Below the pieces are notes generated by a model. It made no database searches. It was not told the origin of the DNA and saw only the letters and a program-made list of their open reading frames with translations. Positions 9,522 to 21,400 of a DNA stretch of 64,000 nucleotides are shown piece after piece (the first letter of the stretch is position 1; each line of letters opens with the position of its first letter). Origin of the DNA: Candidatus Moanibacter sp. Lineage in GTDB: Bacteria; Verrucomicrobiota; Verrucomicrobiia; Opitutales; UBA2987. Position numbers and translations under genes: made by a program. The stretch covers positions 1,985,828 through 2,049,827 of the forward strand of contig CBDDCD010000002.1 of the NCBI GenBank assembly GCA_965226025.1. The letters run 5' to 3'.

Positions 9522-9562
9522 AAAAAAAAGGCCGGATAGAGCTGCAAAAAGCTCGATCCGGC
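9522..9562 (-). terminator. Intrinsic terminator-like hairpin inside the IS left end, oriented antisense to the transposase (present in all five copies)
   Basis: 12-bp stem with one mismatch (GCCGGATAGAGC / GCTCGATCCGGC), followed on the antisense strand by C plus T8. Confidence 0.6.
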
Positions 9563-9613
9563 GAAAAAGGGCGCTTATGCTTGCGTTAGTCAAATACAAA
9601 GCACGCCCTTCTC

Positions 9614-11092
9614 ATGAAAAATATTGCCGTACAAAGCTTCCTGCGTCCAGCCCTAACTCCAGTCATTCGATGCAAAGACTACACCGTGTTTCTGGAAACA
9701 ATGGAGCGGATTGACCGGGTTTTGATCGACTCCTCGCTGGAAAGGGAGGCGATCGTAAAAGCCTTGGAAGGATGGGATGAAGCGGGAGGGAAGGATCGGG
9801 AGCGACGCGCTCTAAGAGCGATAAAAGCGCTACGGGTGGAGGTGGTGCGTCATTTACTCGGAGGGATATCCTTTCGTTGTCTGTCGCAGGAGTTGGGACG
9901 CAGTGAGCTTCTGGCTAATTTTTGCCGGGTGCGTGAGGTAGACGGGATCCGGAAAATATCGAAGAGCAGTCTGGAACGGGATTCGAAATTCTTCGACGAA
10001 GCGTATCTGAGACAGCTGCATGCAAGGATGACCGAGGTGGTGGGCAATGCTGAACATTGTGGTGAGGCAGGATTAGAGAAGCCGATCGATACGAGGGAAT
10101 GCCTGATCGACGCCACTTGCCTGGAAGCGAACATCCACTGGCCCGTGGACTGGGTCTTGCTCAAGGATGTGGGAGCAACGCTGCTCAAGGCGATCAGTCT
10201 GATCCGGCAGGCGGGAATGAAACAGCGCATGCCCCAGGGAGCAAAGGGATTGGCTCGGGAGATGAACAAACGGTGCCTGGAGATGACGCATGCGCGTCGG
10301 CGCCGGGAGGCGGGCAAAGCGCGTAAAGGGATCCTGCGGCGGATGAAGCTATTGCTCAAGAAGATTGAGGGCCATGCCCTTCGCCACCGTGACTTATTGG
10401 AAGCTATGTGGATGCAAAGCGATTACACCGAGAAGAAGGCGAGCCGAATCATCGAGCGAATGGATGGTATGTTAGAGCAGATACCGCAGGTCATGAAACA
10501 GGCGCACGAACGGATCATAGGGGGGCGGCAGGTGAAGAATGAGGAGAAGATCCTGAGCGCCTACGAACCTGAGATTGACGTCATCGTGCGAGGCAAGGCA
10601 GATCGGGAGGTGGAGTTTGGCAACACCCTTTATTTATGCGAGAGCGCAGAGGGATATCTGTTGGACTGGAAACTGTATGGGGGGCAGGCCCCGAGCGAAT
10701 TGAAGCAGCTTTGGGAAAGTCTGGAGAGGCAAAAGGGCTTCGCTTTAGAGGAGAAGATCGAAGCGATCAGTGGGGATCGGGGCTATGCCTCGAAGGCGGC
10801 CAGCAAGCGGCTCCAGGCAGAGGGGATTTTTGACGCCCTTACGCCCCGCAATCCACAAGAGCTCAAGGAGCGGATGGAGGAGCCGCGCTTTGTCCGGTTG
10901 CAGCGACGACGAGGGAGCACCGAAGGCCGGATCGGAGTGCTCAAGAACCGATGGCACGGGGGCAAGATACGCAGCAAAGGCTTTGACAACCGTAACCTTA
11001 GCGTGGCCTGGTCGGTTCTGTCCCACAATCTATGGAAAATCGCGCAGAGACTTGCGCAAGAACATGAGAAAGAGGCAACGCAGGCGGCATAG
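9614..11092 (+). CDS. DDE transposase (492 aa), IS5/ISNCY-like
   Basis: IDATCLEANIHWPVDWVLL (first Asp), SGDRGY (second Asp) and RGSTEGRIGVLK (Glu). The protein is identical in the four intact copies. Confidence 0.93.
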   Translation: MKNIAVQSFLRPALTPVIRCKDYTVFLETMERIDRVLIDSSLEREAIVKALEGWDEAGGKDRERRALRAIKALRVEVVRHLLGGISFRCLSQELGRSELLANFCRVREVDGIRKISKSSLERDSKFFDEAYLRQLHARMTEVVGNAEHCGEAGLEKPIDTRECLIDATCLEANIHWPVDWVLLKDVGATLLKAISLIRQAGMKQRMPQGAKGLAREMNKRCLEMTHARRRREAGKARKGILRRMKLLLKKIEGHALRHRDLLEAMWMQSDYTEKKASRIIERMDGMLEQIPQVMKQAHERIIGGRQVKNEEKILSAYEPEIDVIVRGKADREVEFGNTLYLCESAEGYLLDWKLYGGQAPSELKQLWESLERQKGFALEEKIEAISGDRGYASKAASKRLQAEGIFDALTPRNPQELKERMEEPRFVRLQRRRGSTEGRIGVLKNRWHGGKIRSKGFDNRNLSVAWSVLSHNLWKIAQRLAQEHEKEATQAA

Positions 11093-14000
11093 GGATCCAA
11101 GAATCGAGTCAGAGGCGCTTCCTTGGGAGAACTATCGACTCAAAGCGAGAGGAAGGGTGCTGGAAAGGTGCATAACGGATAAAAGGTAAGCTACCGAGGA
11201 CGGAAGGCATGTCGTGGTCTACATAACGTGACGAAGATTGATATCGGTATCAGGCTTCCACCCAAATCCTCTCGGATTTGGGACAGCCTCTACGATAGGA
11301 GATGTCGACGTTGCGACGGATGTGGGCGGAGAAACCCTCGATGTCACGGTAACGCTGGATGACAGCAGTCTTGGTGCGCTTGGAGGAGAGGGTCAGGTGG
11401 TGACATTTCTCGGTGCTCCTGGAACGGTGACGACGAGTCTTCGGCTTGTTCAATTCTCGCCGGTCGCGAACCGGCTGCAGGTAGGACTGACCGAGCAGGC
11501 GGATGTGACTTTTGCGGTCAAGGACGATTTCCCGGCCAATTCTGCCGATAACGGCACCTTCAGCTTCACGATTGAGTCGATAAACGACCTTCCTTCTCTC
11601 AACATAGTTGTAATCGCGCCCCAGATTTCCGACGACGTTCTCTCGGCGAAGCCATTTTCGGTGACGGTGGACGATCCGGATGTCGGTGAAACTTTCACCC
11701 TCGACATCGTTCCTTTGACCGATCCCGGTTTTACCTTTGGGACCTTCTCGGAAGACCCCTTGAGCTTCAGCGGAGATGCGGACACGATCGCCACAGCGAT
11801 TGCCAATCTGCAATTCTTCCCCAACCAAGGGAGCGTTTCGGGAAGCCAAGATCTATTGTTCGATTTCCAGATCGACGATGGGACCGACCTTGACCATCCA
11901 GGCGGCCCCTTCTCATTTCCTGCCCAATTCACCTTGGTGGAGGAGAACAACCCTCCCGACATACTCGGCGTCGAACTTGAAACCATTCGCATCGACGACG
12001 ACGAGACGGTCCAGCCCTTCACCACGGTCCAAATTGTCGACACGGATGAAGGGGGGGCGCAACTGGTGACACTCGATATTATCCTCAGCGACCCTTTGCT
12101 GGGAAGCTTGGAGATGCCCGTTGGCGTTCCAGTCGTCTTCCCCACCGCCCCGATGACTCCGACGGACGCCACCACCTTTATCCGGAGTCTCGTCTTCGTG
12201 CCTGATGGTACGGAGGTGCCGATTGGACAGACGGTCTCAGTGAATCTCGATATTAGAGTGACCGATTCCCAGTTGGAGGTTCGTTCCGATGATCGCACTC
12301 GCATCGCTATTACGAGCGTGAACGGAGCGCCGGATATTCAAAACATTCCATTGCCTGCGGATCAGCCTCTGTTGATTCAGCCGGATCCGGTCGAGCTCAA
12401 GCCTTTCGACGGCATTGTCATAGAAAATGACGATCTCAACGATGTGGCAGTCACGGTCACATTCGACAACTCGGCCAAAGGCACTCTGACGAATCTGGGA
12501 GGCTTTTCTCTTTCTTCGCCCGGGATTTATTCGATGACCGACGACAAGGTCACCGTCACGGCCGACTTGCAATTGCTCGAGTTTGAGGTCAGCGACACGT
12601 TTTCGTTTCCACCTGACGCGCCCGGTGGAACCACTTTTCAAATCAAGGCGGTGGATTTCGTTGGTAATACGACGATCGAATCATTGGAGATTATCGTGCA
12701 TAATGAGCCGCGGAACTGGTGTGTTACGCGAGCAGACGACGATCTGGATCCCTCGACCGGTACCCCGTTTTCTGGATCCCTGCGATTCGCGGTGGAGAAC
12801 GCGGGTACGAACGACATGATCACCTTCGCCCTGCCGCGCTATCCGGCGATCATTCGGCTCAATTCCGCCTTGGGACCTCTGGCGCTCGGTCGGAATCTGG
12901 TCTTGCGTGGTCCGGGCTCCGACCTCCTGACCATCAGCGGTGACACGGACGGAAATCTGGAGCCGGATGTGCAGCTCTTCCGTGTCGATGCGTCAGTGGA
13001 TATGGAGGGACTGACGTTGGCTTTCGGCCGCGCCCAGACGGGCGGAGCGATTTACGTGGGGCCTCTTGGCAATCTCACCCTGCGTTACTGCGCGGTACGC
13101 GATTCGATCGCCGATCAATGGGGCGGCGGCATCGATGTTTCCGGCGGCGCGCTGAGCCTCGAGCAATGTTCAGTTCTGAATAATCAAACCGATGCCGGGC
13201 CGGGGCTCGGAGGAGGCGGTGTCTCTCTCTACACCGATCAGGCTTGCAGCTTTTTAAACACGACTTTTGCCCAAAATCAGCAGCTGGCGGAAGGAGGATT
13301 CGGGGGCGGCGCACTCTACGTGGAGAATTTCTCACCCGGCACCGATCTCCCGGTTACGGTTGCTCATTGCACTTTTGCGGAAAATCTTGATGCCTCCGAT
13401 AATGGATCGTCGATCCACGCCAACGTATCCGGTACCATGGTGACTCTGCGAAACTCGATATTCGCCGATGGTCAGAGCCGAAATCTGCAGTTGTCAGGGG
13501 CGGCAATGATCATTTCCGGGAACGGCAATATCTCGGACGACAGTACTCGGGTCTTGGTGAGCCAAGAAGGCGGACCGCAAGAGGTTTTCATTCTCGATCA
13601 ATCGGTTGACCGGAGGGAGACGGATCCTCTGTTGCAGCTGTTGGATTCGGGCCTGATTCCCACGCCCGGCTATCCGCCGTCATCCGGAAGCCCGGCGATC
13701 GGTTTGTCGGTGAGCCCGTTCGATGCTCTCGATCAACGCGGGGTGATCAGGGGATCGGGGCAGGATTCCGGTTCGCTCGAATTCGAGACGACCTCCCGCG
13801 TCGTGATCAATGAAATTCAGGCGAAAGGGGTACCCGACAACAATTTCGTGGAAATCTATGTGCCGCGAAATTCCTCGCCCCTCGATTTGAGTGGCTACCA
13901 ACTCTTCGTCGGCGGGGTACAGCGCCATGTCATCGTTGGCGGAACGACGGTCCAGCCGGGTTTCGGAATCATCATCGCGGCCTCGGGAACGCCTGTAGTT

Positions 14001-16618
14001 TCGGTGTTAAGCAATCCTCCTCTCACACTTGAAGAGCGTGGACTGGTGGAATTGAAGGACCCGAACGATGATGCCATCGTTAGGGTGCCTTTCATCGATG
14101 TTTATGTGAATCTAGACGATATCACATCGGAAATCGACTACGACTTAAACTCGATGACCTTGGCTCCGCAGTTCAGAGGAGCCGCCTTCCTGCCCCATAC
14201 GATTGTTGAGGCGCCGCCGTTCGGCGGGGCGGACAAGGCTGACCCGCCCGCTGCTCCCAACTCCCCTGGTAAGGATTCGAGCGATACTCCATTCGGGCTG
14301 GACAACGCTTTTCCAGTAGTGTCGGAAGATTTCGTCCTCACTCGGGAGGACGACGTTGTCAACGCCGACGTTTTAGGCAACGACGTGGATGCGGATGGAA
14401 CCGATGTGCTCCAAATCGTCGACCTCGGCCTGACCGAAAGCGACAGCCTCGGCGATGCCAGCCTCGTGACGGGAATGGGAGCAACTGTGACCATTATCCC
14501 GGCCGTTCCCGGATTGACCGTGGATTACGATCCAAGGTTGTCAGCAACGCTTCAGGCTCTTCCCGAGGGCGCTCAGGAAGTCGATTCATTCTGGTACACG
14601 GCCGTGGATTTCGGCACCGGTGCGATTGATATGTACACGGACCTCTCGCCCAATGTGAGTATCGATTCGCTGAGTCATCGCCTGGAGACGGGTGATTTTA
14701 TCGACATCTCGGGTTCCTTGAACGGGGACTACGACGGACAGTTCGCGATTACACGTATTGATGATGATGCCTTCAGCATTGTTGCGCCCTTTTTCACAGA
14801 TTCGCCGCCTCGAGGTTCCTGGATGACGGTTGATCCACGGGTTGACCCGGCGATGCCCGATGAGCGCAAGGAGGCCGAGGTGCAGGTCACTGTCCTCGGT
14901 GTGAATGATCCACCTGCGCCGATAGATGACGCGGTCGGGACCGATGAGGGTACGATCATCCGGATTATGGGCGATGGCGATCCCGTCGAGACGACTACGG
15001 CGTTCAATTCGGATGTCGATTTTCCCCATGTTCCGCAGATATTTCCCTTTGCCCTTCTCCCGAACGACGGTGACGTCGACACCGACGATGACTCCAGTTC
15101 CCTGAGGATTACAGGTGTCGTCGGAGAGGTGACCGGTATTGGTGACTTCAGTGCTCCGGCCGAGCCGCCCACAGAAAGGGTCATCGTCACATCTCCGGCA
15201 CACGGGCTCGATGACGGTACCGAAATCCTCATTTCGGGATACGGAGGCCATCCGAGTTACAACGGATTTCACAACATCACTTTGATCGACACAGACACCT
15301 TTTCCATTCCCGTGATCTTCGTCGACAACGACGCGACCAAGGGCGACTGGGCCATTCTAAACGATGACAATCGATTGGAGGCGGTTACCGGACTGGGAGC
15401 TGAGGTCTCTCTCGAGATCTTCGCAGACAGAACCGAAACTAACATTGTCTACAATCCTCTTTCCTCGGAAGCCCTGAATGCGCTCGCTACCTCCGAGTCG
15501 AGCGTCGACCAATTCTACTATGCCGCGGAGGACAGCCACGGAGCTGTGACTTTTGCCCGGGTCGATGTGACCGTGGATGGGGTGAACGACGATCCGGTAG
15601 CGGTTGACGATCCAGGGACACTGGATGTCTTAGATCCGTTTCTGGAAACAGGGGAGATGATTTCCGATCTCATCCCTCAGCTCGATATTCTCCTCCATCT
15701 TCCCTCCATGACGGACCCGTCCGGTCAGGCGGATGTGAGGGTGACGGTGCTCGATGATCCGGAGGTGGACCCGTTCTACATTCGCGACCTCTTCACCACC
15801 GATGAAGAGACCCCTCTCCCAATCCTGTCCAGCGAGCTGTTGGCCAATGATTCAGACGTAGACACATCAGACGTCCTCTTCGTTGAGTCGGTATCGAGTC
15901 CGAGCACATTGGGGGCGACCGTGACTCTCAGTGTGGACCAAAGCACGATCACCTACGATCCGACTGGTTCTTCGACTCTCGATGCGTTGGTGCGAAACCA
16001 GCCCGTGATCGATCTCTTTACGGTGACGATTAATGACGGAGGGCCAATCGGGAATTTCACGGCCGAAGTGGTAGTACTGGTGACTGGGTTGAATGACTCC
16101 CCGGTGGCGGTTGACGATTCGACCACAACGGACGAGCACACTATTATCACTTTCGACCCCATACCAGGTCCCGGCGGTCTCACTCCCGATACCGATGTCG
16201 ACATCGACGGAACCGCTCCGGACGATGAGTTGCAATTGATCGAGGTGACGGATGCTCCCACCGCGGCGGCCGCCCGATTTTCCATCAGTGGACCCACTGT
16301 GACCTACGATCCGACTGTTTCTAGTCAGCTTGATTCGTTGCCGGTGGGAGGCTTCTTCGTCGATACTTTCGATTACGTGGTGACGGACAACAGTTTTGTC
16401 TTCGCCAACAACGATCTCTTCAAGGTGGCTGCGGACGGGGCCGGCTTTGTGTTGGATGTACTGGCTAACGACCGCAATCTCAGCGGCCTTGGAGGCGGAT
16501 TAACCATCAGTGAAGTGGGCTTACCGGATAGCGGCGGCACGGCGGAGGCGATTAACGCCGATACCGCAGTTTTGTACACCCCGGAAGTGAATTTTATCGG
16601 AGACGAGAACATACCTTA

Positions 16619-18436
16619 GAGGCTGTCCCAAATCCGAGAGGATTTGGGTGGAAGCCTGATACCGATATCAATCTTCGTCACGTTATGTAGACCACGACAT
16701 GCCTTCCGTCCTCGGTAGCTTACCTTTTATCCGTTATGCACCTTTCCAGCACCCTTCCTCTCGCTTTGAGTCGATAGTTCTCCCAAGGAAGCGCCTCTGA
16801 CTCGATTCTTGGATCCCTATGCCGCCTGCGTTGCCTCTTTCTCATGTTCTTGCGCAAGTCTCTGCGCGATTTTCCATAGATTGTGGGACAGAACCGACCA
16901 GGCCACGCTAAGGTTACGGTTGTCAAAGCCTTTGCTGCGTATCTTGCCCCCGTGCCATCGGTTCTTGAGCACTCCGATCCGGCCTTCGGTGCTCCCTCGT
17001 CGTCGCTGCAACCGGACAAAGCGCGGCTCCTCCATCCGCTCCTTGAGCTCTTGTGGATTGCGGGGCGTAAGGGCGTCAAAAATCCCCTCTGCCTGGGAGC
17101 CGCTTGCTGGCCGCCTTCGAGGCATAGCCCCGATCCCCACTGATCGCTTCGATCTTCTCCTCTAAAGCGAAGCCCTTTTGCCTCTCCAGACTTTCCCAAA
17201 GCTGCTTCAATTCGCTCGGGGCCTGCCCCCCATACAGTTTCCAGTCCAACAGATATCCCTCTGCGCTCTCGCATAAATAAAGGGTGTTGCCAAACTCCAC
17301 CTCCCGATCTGCCTTGCCTCGCACGATGACGTCAATCTCAGGTTCGTAGGCGCTCAGGATCTTCTCCTCATTCTTCACCTGCCGCCCCCCTATGATCCGT
17401 TCGTGCGCCTGTTTCATGACCTGCGGTATCTGCTCTAACATACCATCCATTCGCTCGATGATTCGGCTCGCCTTCTTCTCGGTGTAATCGCTTTGCATCC
17501 ACATAGCTTCCAATAAGTCACGGTGGCGAAGGGCATGGCCCTCAATCTTCTTGAGCAATAGCTTCATCCGCCGCAGGATCCCTTTACGCGCTTTGCCCGC
17601 CTCCCGGCGCCGACGCGCATGCGTCATCTCCAGGCACCGTTTGTTCATCTCCCGAGCCAATCCCTTTGCTCCCTGGGGCATGCGCTGTTTCATTCCCGCC
17701 TGCCGGATCAGACTGATCGCCTTGAGCAGCGTTGCTCCCACATCCTTGAGCAAGACCCAGTCCACGGGCCAGTGGATGTTCGCTTCCAGGCAAGTGGCGT
17801 CGATCAGGCATTCCCTCGTATCGATCGGCTTCTCTAATCCTGCCTCACCACAATGTTCAGCATTGCCCACCACCTCGGTCATCCTTGCATGCAGCTGTCT
17901 CAGATACGCTTCGTCGAAGAATTTCGAATCCCGTTCCAGACTGCTCTTCGATATTTTCCGGATCCCGTCTACCTCACGCACCCGGCAAAAATTAGCCAGA
18001 AGCTCACTGCGTCCCAACTCCTGCGACAGACAACGAAAGGATATCCCTCCGAGTAAATGACGCACCACCTCCACCCGCAGCGCTTTTATCGCTCTTAGAG
18101 CGCGTCGCTCCCGATCCTTCCCTCCCGCTTCATCCCATCCTTCCAAGGCTTTTACGATCGCCTCCCTTTCCAGCGAGGAGTCGATCAAAACCCGGTCAAT
18201 CCGCTCCATTGTTTCCAGAAACACGGTGTAGTCTTTGCATCGAATGACTGGAGTTAGGGCTGGACGCAGGAAGCTTTGTACGGCAATATTTTTCATGAGA
18301 AGGGCGTGCTTTGTATTTGACTAACGCAAGCATAAGCGCCCTTTTTCGCCGGATCGAGCTTTTTGCAGCTCTATCCGGCCTTTTTTTTGCCCATAACTCA
18401 TTAAAAATCAATTGTTTCCACCACTGGGACGGGCTC
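16619..18436 (-). mobile_element. Same IS, copy 2 (1818 bp, transposase frameshifted)
   Basis: Direct repeat TACCTTA at 16612-16618 and 18437-18443. It carries one extra G (GGG at 17095-17097, GG in the other copies). Confidence 0.95.
16817..18296 (-). pseudogene. Frameshifted transposase of IS copy 2
   Basis: The ORF track splits it into a 406-aa piece (17076-18296) and a C-terminal piece. The catalytic-Glu region is out of frame. This could be a real lesion or a sequencing indel. Confidence 0.85.
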
Positions 18437-21400
18437 TACCTTACGAAGTTACCGATGGGGAGGGCCACACCGATCAGGGGATCCTGGTGGTCCGAGTGGT
18501 GGTTGAGCAGATCAACGGAAACTTGCAGGCAAATGATGACGACTTTACGGTGGCAAAAGGGGAGTCGCCCGTTCTCAATGTCCTATCCAATGATAACGTG
18601 ATCCCGGCCTTGGGAAGTGACTTGACGATCACTCGGATCGTGACACCACCAGACCAAGACTCGGTGGAACTTGCGGACAACCAAATCACCTACGTCCAAA
18701 GTTTCGACGGTTCATTTCCCTACGATACCACGTTCGAGTATGAAGTTTCAGGCGGAGGAACCGTCTTGACCATTGCCCGAGTCCAGGTCCACGTGATCAA
18801 TCGCGAAGGAACCTTGAACGTCAACGATGACTCCTTCTCGGTAGGGAGAGACAGCACCGATAACCGTTTGGACGTCCTTTTCAATGATCCCATCTTTCCG
18901 GATGTTAACGGAGCCCTCAGCATCCGCGATCCATTGTTCGCGACCCCTCAATTCGGTGTGGCTACAATCGACGACTCGGAAGGCCAAAGCGTTTTGCGGT
19001 ATTCTCCGGATCCTGGATTCGTGGGTATCGATACTCTCACCTACGAGGCTTCAGATGGACGAGGCGGAACTGGAACCGGTATGGTCGAGGTTGCGGTGGG
19101 CATGCCGTTCCCCCTGGATGATGTAGTGGGGGCGCGCGTCGATCCAGGCTCGGATACCGATCTCTCTGTTTTGGAGAATGATCGCGTCCTCCCCGATACG
19201 CTGGGAACGATTTCCGTCCAGAGTGTGATCGTGACTGACGGTGTTTCAGGAATTGGAGGCATGGCAGTGAATGGAGACAACTCTGGCCTGATTCTCACCT
19301 CGAACAACACCTTTGGGGAAGAGGACTTCACCGTTACTACGGTCGACGGAGGGAATCCTGCACGGACGGTCGAGTCGACCGTGAAGGTGATCATGGTGGG
19401 TGACGGATTGCACGCTCAACCCGATACCTTTGCCGTCCTTGTCGATAGCCTCGGAAATGATCTGATGGTGCTGAACAATGATTTGGCGGTGTCCGATGAT
19501 GAGAGGGACTTCTCGCTTGTCAGCATTGGCGTCGGCTTGGATGGTCCGAATCAAGGAGGTAGCGCGGTCGTGAACGCAAACAGCGACGGGATCCTGTGTA
19601 CCCCTGCTGAGGGGTTTGTCGGGGAGGAGACTTTCCTCTACACCATGACCGATACTCTGGTCACATCGACGGCTACGGTCATTGTGCGGGTCGGGGACGG
19701 GGAATTGGCCTCCAGTGACGATGCCTACACCGTGTTCTTCGATATCGTCAATGGTGGAGAACCGATGTCTTTCGATCTGCCGCTTGTTCTGAACGATGCC
19801 GTCTTCCCCGACCTCGGGCAATTGCTCTCGGTAGCGGAAGTCGATGTGGACGACACGATCCCGCCCAATCCTCCGGATGTGCCGGGCGATGTGGCGATCA
19901 ATTCCGACGGCACCGGAATCGTTTACACTCCTCGTGATGAGGATGGACCTTTCCCCTACGTTGAACGGTTTAGCTACGACCTAACGGACGGAAGCGAAGA
20001 TCGTCAGGGTGGAGTTGTCGTCATCGAGGTTCAGGAGCGCACGGGTGAACGCGAAACAGTCACGAATGACGATGTATTCTCCGTCGATAGCAACAGCCTC
20101 AACAATCTGCTGCCGGTCTTGCTCAATGATGAAGCAAAACCTGGATCGGCGCTGAACTGGGAGATTACGAATGTCTCGACCCCGGCCTTCAATGGCATCG
20201 TTTCTATCAGCGGCCCGGTGATCCTCTATACGCCTCAGATCGATTTTATCGGGGTCGATTCCTTCAGCTACGACATTGCGGATGGTCAAGGCGGGACCGG
20301 AACTGCCTCGGTGTCGGTCCTGGTTGGCCATTTTCCGATCTGTGAAGACCTGTTCTCGGTCCTATCGGACAGCGTCGATAATGAGCTCGATGTGCTGGTG
20401 AACGATAATATCCGGCCCGATTTGGGCTTGAGCTTTACCATCGGAGTCGCGGGAACCAATGGATCCGGTGACAATCAGACGGATGCGGGTGGAACCGTAA
20501 CTGTAAACGGGACAGGAACAGGAAACACGGTCCTTTACACTCCTCCAGCAGGTTTCGTCGGTAACGACGGGTTCACCTATGAAATCGCGGATGACTCCGG
20601 AAATCGGTTCAGCGGCGAAGTAGCTGTAACTGTGGCTGAGGTCGGATCCGATCGCGATACCGGCACCGTTTCCATTACGGTCGATGGTATCAATGACGTG
20701 CCCGTTTTGGCGGGTACAGCGCCGTTCCCCAGTATTATTACGGATCGTGAGACCGCGGATCCCTTCTCCAACGTATCCATAACAGATCCTGACGAGAGTC
20801 CCCCGGGCACTCCTGAGAATCTTACGGTGACAATCACCCTCGATGACGGTGACAAGGGTATTCTCCTTGGAGTTTTCAACAACGACGGAGGCGGGGTCTA
20901 TTCCTTCATCGGGAGTCCCGCTGACGCCACTACGACGATCAGGGCCTTGATCTTTGATCCCACCGACAATCGCATCCCGCACGCGGATCCACCCAATCCT
21001 GAGGTTGCGACATTCACTATAACGGTGGTCGATCCTCATGGCGGCACCGCCGGGCCGGACAGCACCACGACAGTATCCGTGGTTCCGGGCGAAAACGCCC
21101 CTCCGACCGCATTTGACGACCTCAGTTTGAGTACGGATGAGGACACGGTCCTCGTCATCGATGCTCTCGACAATGACGTCGAACTCGACCTCTTGGACGT
21201 CCTCAAGTTCACTGAAATCATGGAGGCGAACAACGGAGAGGTGACCAGTCTAGAGGCCGAAGCGATCACTCCGGGGGCGGGATTGTTTGCCATTCGAGGA
21301 CCAGCCGATGATCCCAATACAAGCCTCACTGATGTCGGTCGCACATTCGACAACGACCTCCCGGAAGGTCCGCGTATAGTTTACGATCCGACCGTATCAC

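Larger units (their letters stand above)
9474..11290 (+). mobile_element. IS5/ISNCY-like insertion sequence, copy 1 (1817 bp)
   Basis: Imperfect terminal repeats GAGCCCGTCCCA / TGGGACAGCCTC (10 of 12 match). Flanking 7-bp direct repeat TACGATA at 9467-9473 and 11291-11297. Confidence 0.95.

Noticed and set aside
9499-9714. 71-aa [13 protein letters not shown]... and other short ORFs (139, 169, 105, 93 aa) repeated five times
   Set aside because: They recur only because the IS is repeated. They overlap the transposase in other frames and show no family motif. I see no evidence for a programmed frameshift at the A8 run.
11238-16619. The 1793-aa ORF (and the 283-aa and 3079-aa ORFs) as independent genes
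   Set aside because: Their starts or ends lie inside IS termini, and the three pieces join exactly in frame into one gene.
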